In this document: in pieces, positions 1 to 7,321 of the stretch
Layout: every line of letters begins with the position of its first letter
Numbering within the stretch: position 1 is the stretch's first letter
Assembly: GCA_043739745.1 (NCBI GenBank)
Contig: JAYUDQ010000022.1
Span: forward strand, 1-43,958
DNA length: 43,958 nucleotides
Source: Acidimicrobiia bacterium
GTDB lineage: Bacteria; Actinomycetota; Acidimicrobiia; Acidimicrobiales; JANYDT01
Reading direction: 5' to 3'
The notes under the pieces: generated by a model
What the model was told of the DNA's origin: nothing
Seen by the model: the letters and a program-made list of their open reading frames with translations, nothing else
Database searches by the model: none
Position numbers and translations under genes: made by a program

Positions 1-1245
1 GAACCCCGGAGGTTCAGGCTGCTGAACTCCATCCGCAGCTGCGTGGCGGGCCGTTCTGATCCAAACGTCGTACGGGACGCCCGTCATGCGCACGCCCGAT
101 ACCACGCCGAACAGGCGGCCGACCTGGCTCTGCGCATCCGAACCGATGACCGGCCTGAGTCGGTCCGCCACGCCAAACGGCTCGGCCCTGAGGTGGCCGC
201 AGCCATCACGTGGACCTGTGGCGCCGATCCGACGCTGGCACTCTCGCTGACCCGCGCACTGTCGGTACTGGTCGAGCACAGCGGTCCCGACCTCGACAGC
301 CTCAGCGCCATTGCGCACGCAGCGCACACACCAACCGTTATCGATGCGGCGGCCACCGACGCCCTGCTCGAGATCGGCATGGCGGTCAGCTCCACCGATC
401 TCAACCTGATCGCCACGCTGGCGTCGCGTGCGCTGGAGATCATGGACGACGATGCGTCGCGGCTGTGCGCTCATCAACTGGCCGGGTGGGCCGCGGCCTA
501 CCGCTCACCTCAATCGGCGTTCGTGCACCTCGACACCGCCGAACGCCTGGCGACCGAGCTGCACGACCTCTGGCAGCTCGCGTCCGTCCGTCAGGGCAAG
601 GGCATCGCGCTGCGCGGCGATGACCTTCACGATGCACCTGGCGCCATTGCGATGTTCGAGTCAGCTGAGCAGACGTTTGCGTTGGCGGGCGATGCCATGC
701 ACGCCAACAACTGCCGGAACATGATGGCCGCCACTGCGGCGATGGCCGGGCACCGCACCGATGAGGCCATAACATGGGCTGCGCAATGCGTGGCGTACGC
801 CAAGGCGAGCGGCAACGTCCAGGAACTCGCCCATGCGATGTTCAGCCAGGCTGCGCTCAACGGGGGACCCGACGCCCTCGATGCCCTCACCGAGACGGTC
901 GACCTGTTCCGCTCCGTGGGCGATTGCCGCTGCCTCACCAGGAGCTACCTCCGGCTCGCCGACCTCAGTGCGCCGGAAGAGCGGATCGCGTTCCTCGAGG
1001 ACGCCCTAAAGACGGCGGTCGACGCTCACGACCTGGCTCACCAGGCAACGGCGCTGGAGCGGCTCGCCGCCGGCCAGTGGGACCTGGGAGCGCACCGCCG
1101 CGCCGCTATCGCGTTGGGTGGGTTGGCCAACCTTGTCGGTCTCGACGCAGCCACGAGCCGGTGCCCTACAGCGATGGCCGCCCAGCTGAGCGCCTGGGCC
1201 GGTGCCATCGCGGAGGGACGCGGCCTCGGCTACCGGGCTCACTGA
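1..1245 (+). CDS. C-terminal part of an Ala/Leu-rich helical-repeat (TPR-like) protein. The N-terminus probably lies upstream of the window.
   Basis: Frame 1 is open from base 1 (no stop before the listed GTG at 43) to the TGA at 1243-1245. The translation is Ala/Leu-rich and looks helical. No catalytic motif was recognised. Confidence 0.45.
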   Translation, partial: EPRRFRLLNSIRSCVAGRSDPNVVRDARHAHARYHAEQAADLALRIRTDDRPESVRHAKRLGPEVAAAITWTCGADPTLALSLTRALSVLVEHSGPDLDSLSAIAHAAHTPTVIDAAATDALLEIGMAVSSTDLNLIATLASRALEIMDDDASRLCAHQLAGWAAAYRSPQSAFVHLDTAERLATELHDLWQLASVRQGKGIALRGDDLHDAPGAIAMFESAEQTFALAGDAMHANNCRNMMAATAAMAGHRTDEAITWAAQCVAYAKASGNVQELAHAMFSQAALNGGPDALDALTETVDLFRSVGDCRCLTRSYLRLADLSAPEERIAFLEDALKTAVDAHDLAHQATALERLAAGQWDLGAHRRAAIALGGLANLVGLDAATSRCPTAMAAQLSAWAGAIAEGRGLGYRAH

Positions 1246-1272
1246 CGCCGTCTCGCCGAGTGACCGGTCGGT

Positions 1273-2016
1273 TCAGCGGCGCAGGCCGCCGTCGGAGTGG
1301 AGCAGCTGGCCGTTGATCCACCCACCGGCCGGCGAACACAGGAAGCGCACGAGCCGAGCGGCATCGGCCGGCTGACCGACCCGCGACTGCAGGTTGCGGG
1401 CCCGCACGTCGGCGAACACCTCCGGGGACATCCATCCGGTGTCCGTCGCGCCCGGGTTGATCACGTTCGCGGTGATGCCCTGCTCGGCCAGTTCGACGGC
1501 CGCGGCCAGCACGATGCGATCGAGCGCACCCTTGCTGGCGCCGTAGGGGACGTTGAATGCGGTGTGATCGCTGGTGAAGGCGATGATGCGGCCCGTTCCG
1601 GCAGGTTCGGCGAACTGGCTGGCGAAGGTGGCGATGAGCAACCAGGGCGCCCGGGCATTGACCGCGAAGTGTCGATCGAAGCTCTCGACCGTTGTCGTGA
1701 GGATCGCCGAGTCGGTGGATTCGCAGTGGCAGATGACGAGGGCGCGGATCGGACCGTGCTCAGCGTGCACGCGCGCGACAAGCGTGGGGGGCGCACCGGG
1801 GTCGGCCATGTCGGCCTCGTAGTGCGCGAGCGGCTGTGCATCGGCGCCCCATGGCATGCGCTCGTCGTAGGGACGCCAACCGCAGGTGACCACCCGCCAC
1901 CCATCGTCAGCGAGGCCGGCCGCAACGGCGGCACCGATGCCGACGGCGCGGCCCACCCCGGTGATCAATGCCAGCGGGCGTTCATCCAGCGATGAGGCGA
2001 TCGGCTGCGCAGGCAT
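1273..2016 (-). CDS. Short-chain dehydrogenase/reductase (SDR) family oxidoreductase
   Basis: 247 aa. N-terminal Rossmann motif ITGVGRAVGIGAAVA, catalytic Y-x-x-x-K (YGASKGAL), and NVINPG downstream. Size is typical of classical SDRs. Confidence 0.85.
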   Translation of the reverse strand: MPAQPIASSLDERPLALITGVGRAVGIGAAVAAGLADDGWRVVTCGWRPYDERMPWGADAQPLAHYEADMADPGAPPTLVARVHAEHGPIRALVICHCESTDSAILTTTVESFDRHFAVNARAPWLLIATFASQFAEPAGTGRIIAFTSDHTAFNVPYGASKGALDRIVLAAAVELAEQGITANVINPGATDTGWMSPEVFADVRARNLQSRVGQPADAARLVRFLCSPAGGWINGQLLHSDGGLRR

Positions 2017-2076
2017 GTCCAGGACCGTAACGCCGCGCTGCCTTATCGATCCGTTGATTCGCGCGAACCCCCTCCC

Positions 2077-2361
2077 TCACGGACAGGCGCACGGCACGGC
2101 GCCGCACTTCGGGCAGCCGTGTTCGTACCGGGCAATCGCGTCCTCGATCCGCAGGCCGAGCTGATTCGCGAGCGATGCCACCCAGGCGACGACGTCGCCG
2201 AGCTCATGGAGCTGCTCGGCTCGCGTGCCTTTGCGGGCTGCCTTGGCCAGTTCACCGACCTCCTCGGCCAGCCATGCGACCGTCGCCGCCTGCCCACGAG
2301 CGCGGTCGCGGGTGCCGAAGGTGGCCTCGATGGCATCCTGGAAATCACCGAAGCGGTCCAT
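2077..2361 (-). CDS. Small MazG-like nucleotide pyrophosphohydrolase-fold protein
   Basis: 94 aa. Carries LAEEVGELAKA and ELGDVVAWV helices typical of all-alpha NTP-PPase (MazG/HisE-like) proteins. GAGGAG Shine-Dalgarno lies 5 nt upstream of the ATG at 2361. C-terminal Cys cluster is CPKCGAVPCAC. Confidence 0.8.
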   Translation of the reverse strand: MDRFGDFQDAIEATFGTRDRARGQAATVAWLAEEVGELAKAARKGTRAEQLHELGDVVAWVASLANQLGLRIEDAIARYEHGCPKCGAVPCACP

Positions 2362-2459
2362 GTGTGCTCCTCTTCAGGGCGTCTGGCGAGAGTGCGAACG
2401 GAGCGAATGGAGCTACTGACGCGAAGCAGCCGCCCCCGCGAACGGAGACGGCCGATGAG

Positions 2460-2533
2460 TCGGGATGGGGGGACTTGAACCCCCGGCCTCCACGTCCCGA
2501 ACGTGGCGCGCTACCAAGCTGCGCTACATCCCG
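2460..2533 (-). tRNA. tRNA-Pro (anticodon CGG)
   Basis: The reverse complement folds as a 74-nt cloverleaf. Acceptor CGGGATG/CATCCCG, D stem GCGC/GCGC, anticodon stem CCACG/CGTGG with loop TTCGGGA (anticodon CGG), T stem GGGGG/CCCCC with loop TTCAAGT, discriminator A. CCA is not encoded. Confidence 0.92.
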
Positions 2534-2606
2534 TAGCGGGTAGGGAGCGTAGCCGCGTCGCCCGACGGTCTCGGACGGGATTCGCCGCGACGCGCCCGAG
2601 AAACGG

Positions 2607-3047
2607 TCAGCGGGCGACGGAGTCGGGCGTCGGACGGAAGTTCGTCGAGGCGTCGCCGGCCAACACGCGGTCCTTGTAGGTGCCGCCACCGAGAAGTGCG
2701 GTGACGGCACGGCGAAGTCGCATGGGGTCGAGCGGCTTCACGAGGAAACCCTCGACGTTCGCATTCCGGGCTAAGAACACATCGGGCTGGCGGTCGAGGA
2801 GCAACAGGATGGGGAGGTGCGGAAGCCGGCCGCCTGACTCCTCGTTGTGGAGGTCGAGGGTGACCGCAATGCCGCCCATGTTGCCGATCTGCGAATCGAG
2901 CACGACGAGATCGGGCTGCTGCAGCTTGGCGCTGCCGCGGACGGCCCGGCCCGACACGACGCTCTGGACGGTGGTGGTGCGGCCGAGTACGGCCTTCACC
3001 TCGTCGTGGACCCAAGGAGCATCGCTGGCGATCAGGACATGCGGCAC
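2607..3047 (-). CDS. Stand-alone response-regulator receiver (CheY-like) domain protein, atypical
   Basis: GTG at 3047 lies 10 nt after the stop of the upstream ATPase gene. Receiver landmarks are present: HVLIASD (beta1), DLVVLDSQIGNMGG (phospho-acceptor Asp position) and GFLVKP (conserved Lys). The Thr/Ser switch position appears as PILLLLD. There is no output domain. The longer ORF-track start (3437) overlaps the upstream gene and is rejected. Confidence 0.75.
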   Translation of the reverse strand: MPHVLIASDAPWVHDEVKAVLGRTTTVQSVVSGRAVRGSAKLQQPDLVVLDSQIGNMGGIAVTLDLHNEESGGRLPHLPILLLLDRQPDVFLARNANVEGFLVKPLDPMRLRRAVTALLGGGTYKDRVLAGDASTNFRPTPDSVAR

Positions 3048-3057
3048 ATCGCCAACC

Positions 3058-4239
3058 CTACCGGCGGCGTCGCGTGGCGCGGGAACCGGTCGGGACCTGC
3101 GCATCACCGGTAGCAGTCGGCACCGGCATGAACAGCGCCCTGCGGATCGCGTCGAGCCCGGCAAGATCGTGCACGTCCGAGGCTTGTAGCGGCACCCGGA
3201 TCTGTGCCGCCGAAGGCAGTCCTTCGCTAAGCGGACGCAAGACCTCGTCATGCCCGGCCCCTCGGCGGTCCGCAGCGTGGGCACGGATGATGGCGGGCGA
3301 GAGTGGGCCCGGCGTGTCGATCGGGGGCAGCGGCGAGAAGCGCGGCTGCACGCGGTTGGCCACGACCGCATCGATCGTGATGCCCTCCGCCGCAAGTTCC
3401 GTCGCGAACCGGAGGGACTCGTCGACGGACTCCGCACGTGGGGCGGTGATCACCACCCAAGCGGTTCGCTCGTCGCGGAGCATGGCCAAGACGGCCTGGG
3501 CTCGGGCCCGGAACCCTTCCTCCATGCCGTCGAAGGCCTGGAAGAAGGCGATCGCGTCGGCGATCACCTCACCACCGACGACCTTGCCGATGCTGCGCAG
3601 CACGGCTTGCGTGGCGAAGCCCACCACCCGTAGACCGCCACGCGCGGGCGCAGTGAGGGCGCGGAACAAGCGGTTGTCGAGGAAGCGGGTGAGCCGTTCG
3701 GGCGCCGTGATGAACTCGAGCGCGCTGCGCGACGGGGGAGTATCGACCACGATGCAGTCGAACGGCGGCAGCGAGTTGCCATCCGCGTCCTTGGGTGCGT
3801 GGGCCAACTCGTAGAGCTTCTCCGTCGCCATGTACTCCTGCGTGCCCGACAGGGAGCCCGAGATGTTCCGGTAGAACGGGTTGTCCAGGATGCGCTCACC
3901 CTGAGCCGGCGTCGGCGCATGCTCGCGCACGAGGTCGTCGAAGGTGGCCTTGGTGTCAAGCATCAGGGCCCAGAGCTCGCCGCAGTCGTTCGCGAGCGGG
4001 ATGCGGGCAGGCTGGTTGGTCAGCCCTTCGAGGCCGAGCGCGTTGGCGAGCCGCTTCGCAGGGTCGATCGTGACCACCGCGCAGCGCCGCCCGGACGCGG
4101 CGATGCCGAGCCCGATCGCCGCAGCCGTGGTCGTCTTGCCGACGCCCCCGGGACCACAACAAAGGACGATCCGCGGCGTGGCCATCAGGCGTGCGAGCGG
4201 TGACGGCGTGGTGTCCCCGGCATCTGCGGCGTCGCTCAT
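3058..4239 (-). CDS. ArsA/Get3-like P-loop ATPase (second of a pair)
   Basis: Deviant Walker A LCCGPGGVGKTTTAAA, followed by VTIDPAKRLANALG, typical of ArsA_ATPase-family proteins. The ATG at 4239 overlaps the upstream stop as ATGA (4236-4239). Confidence 0.85.
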   Translation of the reverse strand: MSDAADAGDTTPSPLARLMATPRIVLCCGPGGVGKTTTAAAIGLGIAASGRRCAVVTIDPAKRLANALGLEGLTNQPARIPLANDCGELWALMLDTKATFDDLVREHAPTPAQGERILDNPFYRNISGSLSGTQEYMATEKLYELAHAPKDADGNSLPPFDCIVVDTPPSRSALEFITAPERLTRFLDNRLFRALTAPARGGLRVVGFATQAVLRSIGKVVGGEVIADAIAFFQAFDGMEEGFRARAQAVLAMLRDERTAWVVITAPRAESVDESLRFATELAAEGITIDAVVANRVQPRFSPLPPIDTPGPLSPAIIRAHAADRRGAGHDEVLRPLSEGLPSAAQIRVPLQASDVHDLAGLDAIRRALFMPVPTATGDAQVPTGSRATRRRR

Positions 4240-5183
4240 GACGGCTCCGGGAGCGCGCGCAACGCGTCGCTGAGCATCGCCGCGAGCGACAGAAGCGCGC
4301 CATGGTCGACCCGTCCCCCCGTGAGGAGGGGCAGCACCAACTGCGGCAGCGGCAGCGCGGTCGCCAGCCGTTCGATCTGGACGCGCTGTGACAACGACCG
4401 GGCCCGTTCGAAGGTGAGCGAATCGGCGAGCGCGGCGCACTGGTCGGCGGGCAGCGCCCAGCGATCCGGGTTCACTGTGTCGGGGACGGCGTCGATCACG
4501 CTGTTCACCACGACCGGTCCGAGCGCGACCCCGACCCGATCCTCCAACAGGAACGCAGTTTCGATGACTTCGTTCACCGGTGTCTCCTCGGCCAAGGTGA
4601 CGAGGAGGACCTGACAGCGTCGTGGGTCGGTGAGGAGCTCGAGGACCTCCTCGGCCTGCCGACGGATAGGACCGGTCCTGACCGCGTCGACGAGGCTGCG
4701 GGCGCTGCGCAGGAACGTGATGGCGTGGCCGCTGGCCGGGGTGTCGAGCACGACCAGGTCGTAGTCGCCGGTGGCCACGATCTGTTTGACCTTGCCGAGG
4801 ATGAGGATGTCCTTGATCCCGGGCGTGGCCGTCGCGATCACATCCAGTGCCCCGGTCGACACGAGCCGTCCGGCCAGGCGTTTCATGCCGTGGTCCGCGA
4901 GGTATTCGATGAGCGCGTCGTCGGGGGTGAGGCGACGCCCGATGATCTCGGCCCGACCGGTATCGGGATCGGCCGGGCTCAGCTGAAGATCGACATACCC
5001 GAGGTCGTCATGGTCGAAGGCGGTGGCGATGCCGCGGGCCCCGTCGACGTCGACGATCAGCACGTGACAGCCGAGGTCGGCGGCCATACGGCCGAGCGCG
5101 GCCGCGACGGTCGTCTTTCCGACGCCACCCTTGCCGGCCACGATGACGAGCTTCGAGGTCTGCACGAAGGCCGCGGGTTCCAC
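4236..5183 (-). CDS. ArsA/Get3-like P-loop ATPase (first of a pair)
   Basis: Walker A VIVAGKGGVGKTTVAAA. The GTG at 5183 is preceded by GGGAGGA with about 6 nt spacing. Upstream in-frame starts (5234, 5612) fall inside or beyond a non-coding 13-bp repeat array. Confidence 0.8.
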   Translation of the reverse strand: MEPAAFVQTSKLVIVAGKGGVGKTTVAAALGRMAADLGCHVLIVDVDGARGIATAFDHDDLGYVDLQLSPADPDTGRAEIIGRRLTPDDALIEYLADHGMKRLAGRLVSTGALDVIATATPGIKDILILGKVKQIVATGDYDLVVLDTPASGHAITFLRSARSLVDAVRTGPIRRQAEEVLELLTDPRRCQVLLVTLAEETPVNEVIETAFLLEDRVGVALGPVVVNSVIDAVPDTVNPDRWALPADQCAALADSLTFERARSLSQRVQIERLATALPLPQLVLPLLTGGRVDHGALLSLAAMLSDALRALPEPS

Positions 5184-5220
5184 TCGATTCCTCCCGACCG
5201 TCTTCCTGCGGCGCGTTGCG

Positions 5221-5285
5221 TTGCGGCTGTCCATTGCGACTGTCCGTTGGGGCTGTCGATTGCGGCAGTCCAGTTCGGCTGTCCA
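5221..5285. repeat. Five tandem imperfect copies of a 13-bp unit (consensus TTGCGGCTGTCCA)
   Basis: Units are ttgcggctgtcca, ttgcgactgtccg, ttggggctgtcga, ttgcggcagtcca and gttcggctgtcca, each 11-13/13 to the consensus. Degenerate flanking copies lie at 5208-5220 and 5286-5298. The period is not a multiple of 3. The array sits in the divergent intergenic region 5184-5376. Confidence 0.85.
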
Positions 5286-5376
5286 TTCCGGCGGAACGTG
5301 GCCGAGGCGAAGGTACCCCTGCCCCTGCCAGTACCGTTGAAGGCCCACGGTACCCAGAAATCGAGCGACCCCGATC

Positions 5377-6759
5377 GTGTTCCTCCCGACTCCCTTCCGC
5401 CCCACCGACCGACCGTTTCCGCGCCGCGCGTTGCGCGCCGTCGCATTGTTCGGCCTCGTCGGCTGGTCGTTGTCTGCGGTCATCAGCGGCGCGTCGGCCG
5501 CCAGTTCCGCGACGACGGTCGTCCCGGCAGCTCCGGCGGAGACCACGGCTGCCGGTTCGGGCCGTTCAAACGACCGCGGATCAACGTCGACGAAGGGCTT
5601 CGTCGACGTCATCGATGTCAGTGGCTACGTCGATCCGGTCATGCGCGACTTCATCCTCCGTTCGATCGAGGACGCAGTCGGCCACGACGCCGAGGCGCTC
5701 GTGATCCAGCTCAACTCTCCGGGGTCGCTGCTCCCGACGGCGCAGCTCAATGCCCTGGTCAACGCTATCCGAGACGAGCGCCGGGTGTCCGTCACCGTGT
5801 GGGTAGGTGGCTACAAGGCGAGAGCCAAGGGTGGTGCGTCACGCCTGGTCACTGCCGCCTCTGTCGTCGGAGTGGCTCGGGGCACGCACATCGGCGACGC
5901 TCCAGCCGCGGCCGGGGGCGACGATCGGCTCGTCGGACGCACCTACACGTGGGATGGCGCCCTCAAGGCGAAGGTGGCGCAGATCGATGCGCCGGTGCTC
6001 GTGCAGTTCGTCGGGCTGCTCGACGGGCGGACCGTCCACGGCCGCACGCTCGACACTGCCGAGGACGTGAAGGGTGCGGACGGCAAGGTTCACCCAAAGC
6101 CCTACGGCGTCCGCTTCGCCAAGCTCGGGCTCGTGCCCCGCTTGCTGCACACGGCCACGAATCCGTCGATCGCCTACTTCCTGTTCGTCGTCGGGCTTTC
6201 ACTGTTCGTCTTCGAGTTCTTCACCGGCGGCGTAGGCGTGGCAGCCGGTGTCGGGCTTCTCGCGTTCGCCATGGCCGCATCGGGGTTCGGCAACCTTCCG
6301 ACGAGACCCCTCGGACTCGCCCTGCTGCTGCTGTCGATGTTCGGGTTCGCGGTGGACGTCCAGGCCGGCACTCCCCGCTTCTGGACCGGCGTCGGCACGG
6401 TGTCGCTCGTGGCCGGTTCGCTGACGCTCTACGCCGAAGACACCCACGTGCCGATCTACTGGATCGCCGCCGTCACCGTGATGGTCGTGCTGTTCATGGT
6501 CAACGGGATGCCGACGATGGTCCGCACCCGCTTCGCCACGCCGACTATCGGGCGTGAAGCGATGATCGGCGAGCTCGGCGAGGCCCGCGAGGCAATCTCG
6601 CCGGAGGGTGTGGTGATCGTGAAGGGCGCGCCGTGGCGGGCACGGACGAACCGGGCCACACCGATCCCGGCGGGAGGACCGATCCGGGTGGTCGCCATCG
6701 ACGGGCTGCTACTCGAGGTCGAACCGCTCGAAGGTGGGGCGAAAGACGCCGGTCACTGA
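5377..6759 (+). CDS. NfeD-family membrane-bound ClpP-class serine protease (long form: protease domain, TM segments, C-terminal OB/NfeD domain)
   Basis: N-terminal signal/TM segment (AVALFGLVGWSLSAVISGASA). ClpP/S49-like region (VIDVSGYVDPVMRDFILRSIEDA...LVIQLNSPGS). Several hydrophobic helices (IAYFLFVVGLSLFVFEFFTGGVGVAAGVGLLAFAMA...). C-terminal NfeD beta-barrel (GELGEAREAISPEGVVIVKGAPWRARTN...IRVVAIDGLLLEVEPL). The exact start is uncertain (GTG 5377 or a downstream TTG). Confidence 0.8.
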   Translation: MFLPTPFRPTDRPFPRRALRAVALFGLVGWSLSAVISGASAASSATTVVPAAPAETTAAGSGRSNDRGSTSTKGFVDVIDVSGYVDPVMRDFILRSIEDAVGHDAEALVIQLNSPGSLLPTAQLNALVNAIRDERRVSVTVWVGGYKARAKGGASRLVTAASVVGVARGTHIGDAPAAAGGDDRLVGRTYTWDGALKAKVAQIDAPVLVQFVGLLDGRTVHGRTLDTAEDVKGADGKVHPKPYGVRFAKLGLVPRLLHTATNPSIAYFLFVVGLSLFVFEFFTGGVGVAAGVGLLAFAMAASGFGNLPTRPLGLALLLLSMFGFAVDVQAGTPRFWTGVGTVSLVAGSLTLYAEDTHVPIYWIAAVTVMVVLFMVNGMPTMVRTRFATPTIGREAMIGELGEAREAISPEGVVIVKGAPWRARTNRATPIPAGGPIRVVAIDGLLLEVEPLEGGAKDAGH

Positions 6760-6863
6760 GCCGAGACACACGCGGGGATACCCACCGGAACAAAGCTCGG
6801 TGGCCGGAGATTTCTGGGGCGGGCTCTTGACGGGGCCGGGAGGCGTTCGGCTACCGTCGGCTT

Positions 6864-6879
6864 TGTGACGTCAGACACA
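6864..6879 (+). promoter_or_regulatory. CRP/FNR-type half-site pair (distal) upstream of the WhiB gene
   Basis: TGTGACGTCAGACACA compared with the consensus TGTGA-N6-TCACA has one mismatch. It contains the palindrome TGACGTCA. Confidence 0.4.
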
Positions 6880-6887
6880 TCAGGCCT

Positions 6888-6903
6888 TGTGTTCTTGGTC
6901 ACA
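6888..6903 (+). promoter_or_regulatory. CRP/FNR-type half-site pair (proximal) upstream of the WhiB gene
   Basis: TGTGTTCTTGGTCACA compared with the consensus TGTGA-N6-TCACA has one mismatch. Its centre is about 52 nt upstream of the ATG at 6948, in a locally AT-richer stretch. Confidence 0.45.
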
Positions 6904-6947
6904 CGTTCTGTAACGTGCGGGTTACAGACCTCTTGGGGGAGGCCCAT

Positions 6948-7208
6948 ATGGGAGTTCTTGCAGTAGAGACGTGGCAGCAGCGAGCCGCTTGTCGGGGCCC
7001 GCAGTCCGCAATGTTCTTTCCGCCGTCGCATTTCGAACGGAAGGACGAGAAGGAGTACCGGGAGGCGAGCGCGAAGAACATCTGTGCACAGTGTTCCGTT
7101 CGCCTCGACTGCCTCGACTACGCGATTCGCATCCGGGAGCCGCATGGCATCTGGGGCGGCTTGAGCGAAGTCGAGCGTCGCTCGGTCATGGCCCGGGAAG
7201 CCGTCTGA
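6948..7208 (+). CDS. WhiB-family (Wbl) iron-sulfur transcriptional regulator
   Basis: 86 aa. Four Cys in the Wbl pattern (AACRG ... ICAQCSVRLDC) and the GIWGG turn followed by SEVERR. GGGGGAGG Shine-Dalgarno lies 5 nt upstream of the ATG at 6948. Confidence 0.9.
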   Translation: MGVLAVETWQQRAACRGPQSAMFFPPSHFERKDEKEYREASAKNICAQCSVRLDCLDYAIRIREPHGIWGGLSEVERRSVMAREAV

Positions 7209-7238
7209 GACCGCAGGCCGAAGGTTCTTCGGTCGGTC
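7209..7238 (+). terminator. Hairpin immediately after the WhiB stop codon (candidate intrinsic terminator, no U-tract)
   Basis: Core stem CCGAAG(7218-7223)-GTT-CTTCGG(7227-7232). It is extended by GACCG(7209-7213)/CGGTC(7234-7238). Confidence 0.4.
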
Positions 7239-7321
7239 AGGGGGGACGGCTTCCCGGGCCAGCAACTCGCGTGGCGGGTGTCGATTTCCGGGCCTCGTCG
7301 ATCCACCGTTAGGTTCGCCGC

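Noticed and set aside
2460-2533. tRNA-Pro as an integration site for a genomic island.
   Set aside because: No second copy of the tRNA 3' end (direct repeat) and no integrase or other mobile gene occur in the window. The flanking genes look like ordinary core genes.
5221-5285. The 13-bp repeat array considered as a CRISPR or coding repeat.
   Set aside because: The units are contiguous with no spacers and are far too short for CRISPR repeats. No cas genes are present. The period of 13 is incompatible with an in-frame peptide repeat.
5184-5612. Longer N-terminal extensions of the first ArsA-like ORF (starts at 5234 or 5612).
   Set aside because: The extensions run through the 13-bp repeat array and over the divergent nfeD start, and they translate to Arg/Gly-rich low-complexity sequence. 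The GTG at 5183 has a strong GGGAGGA ribosome-binding site directly before the Walker A region.
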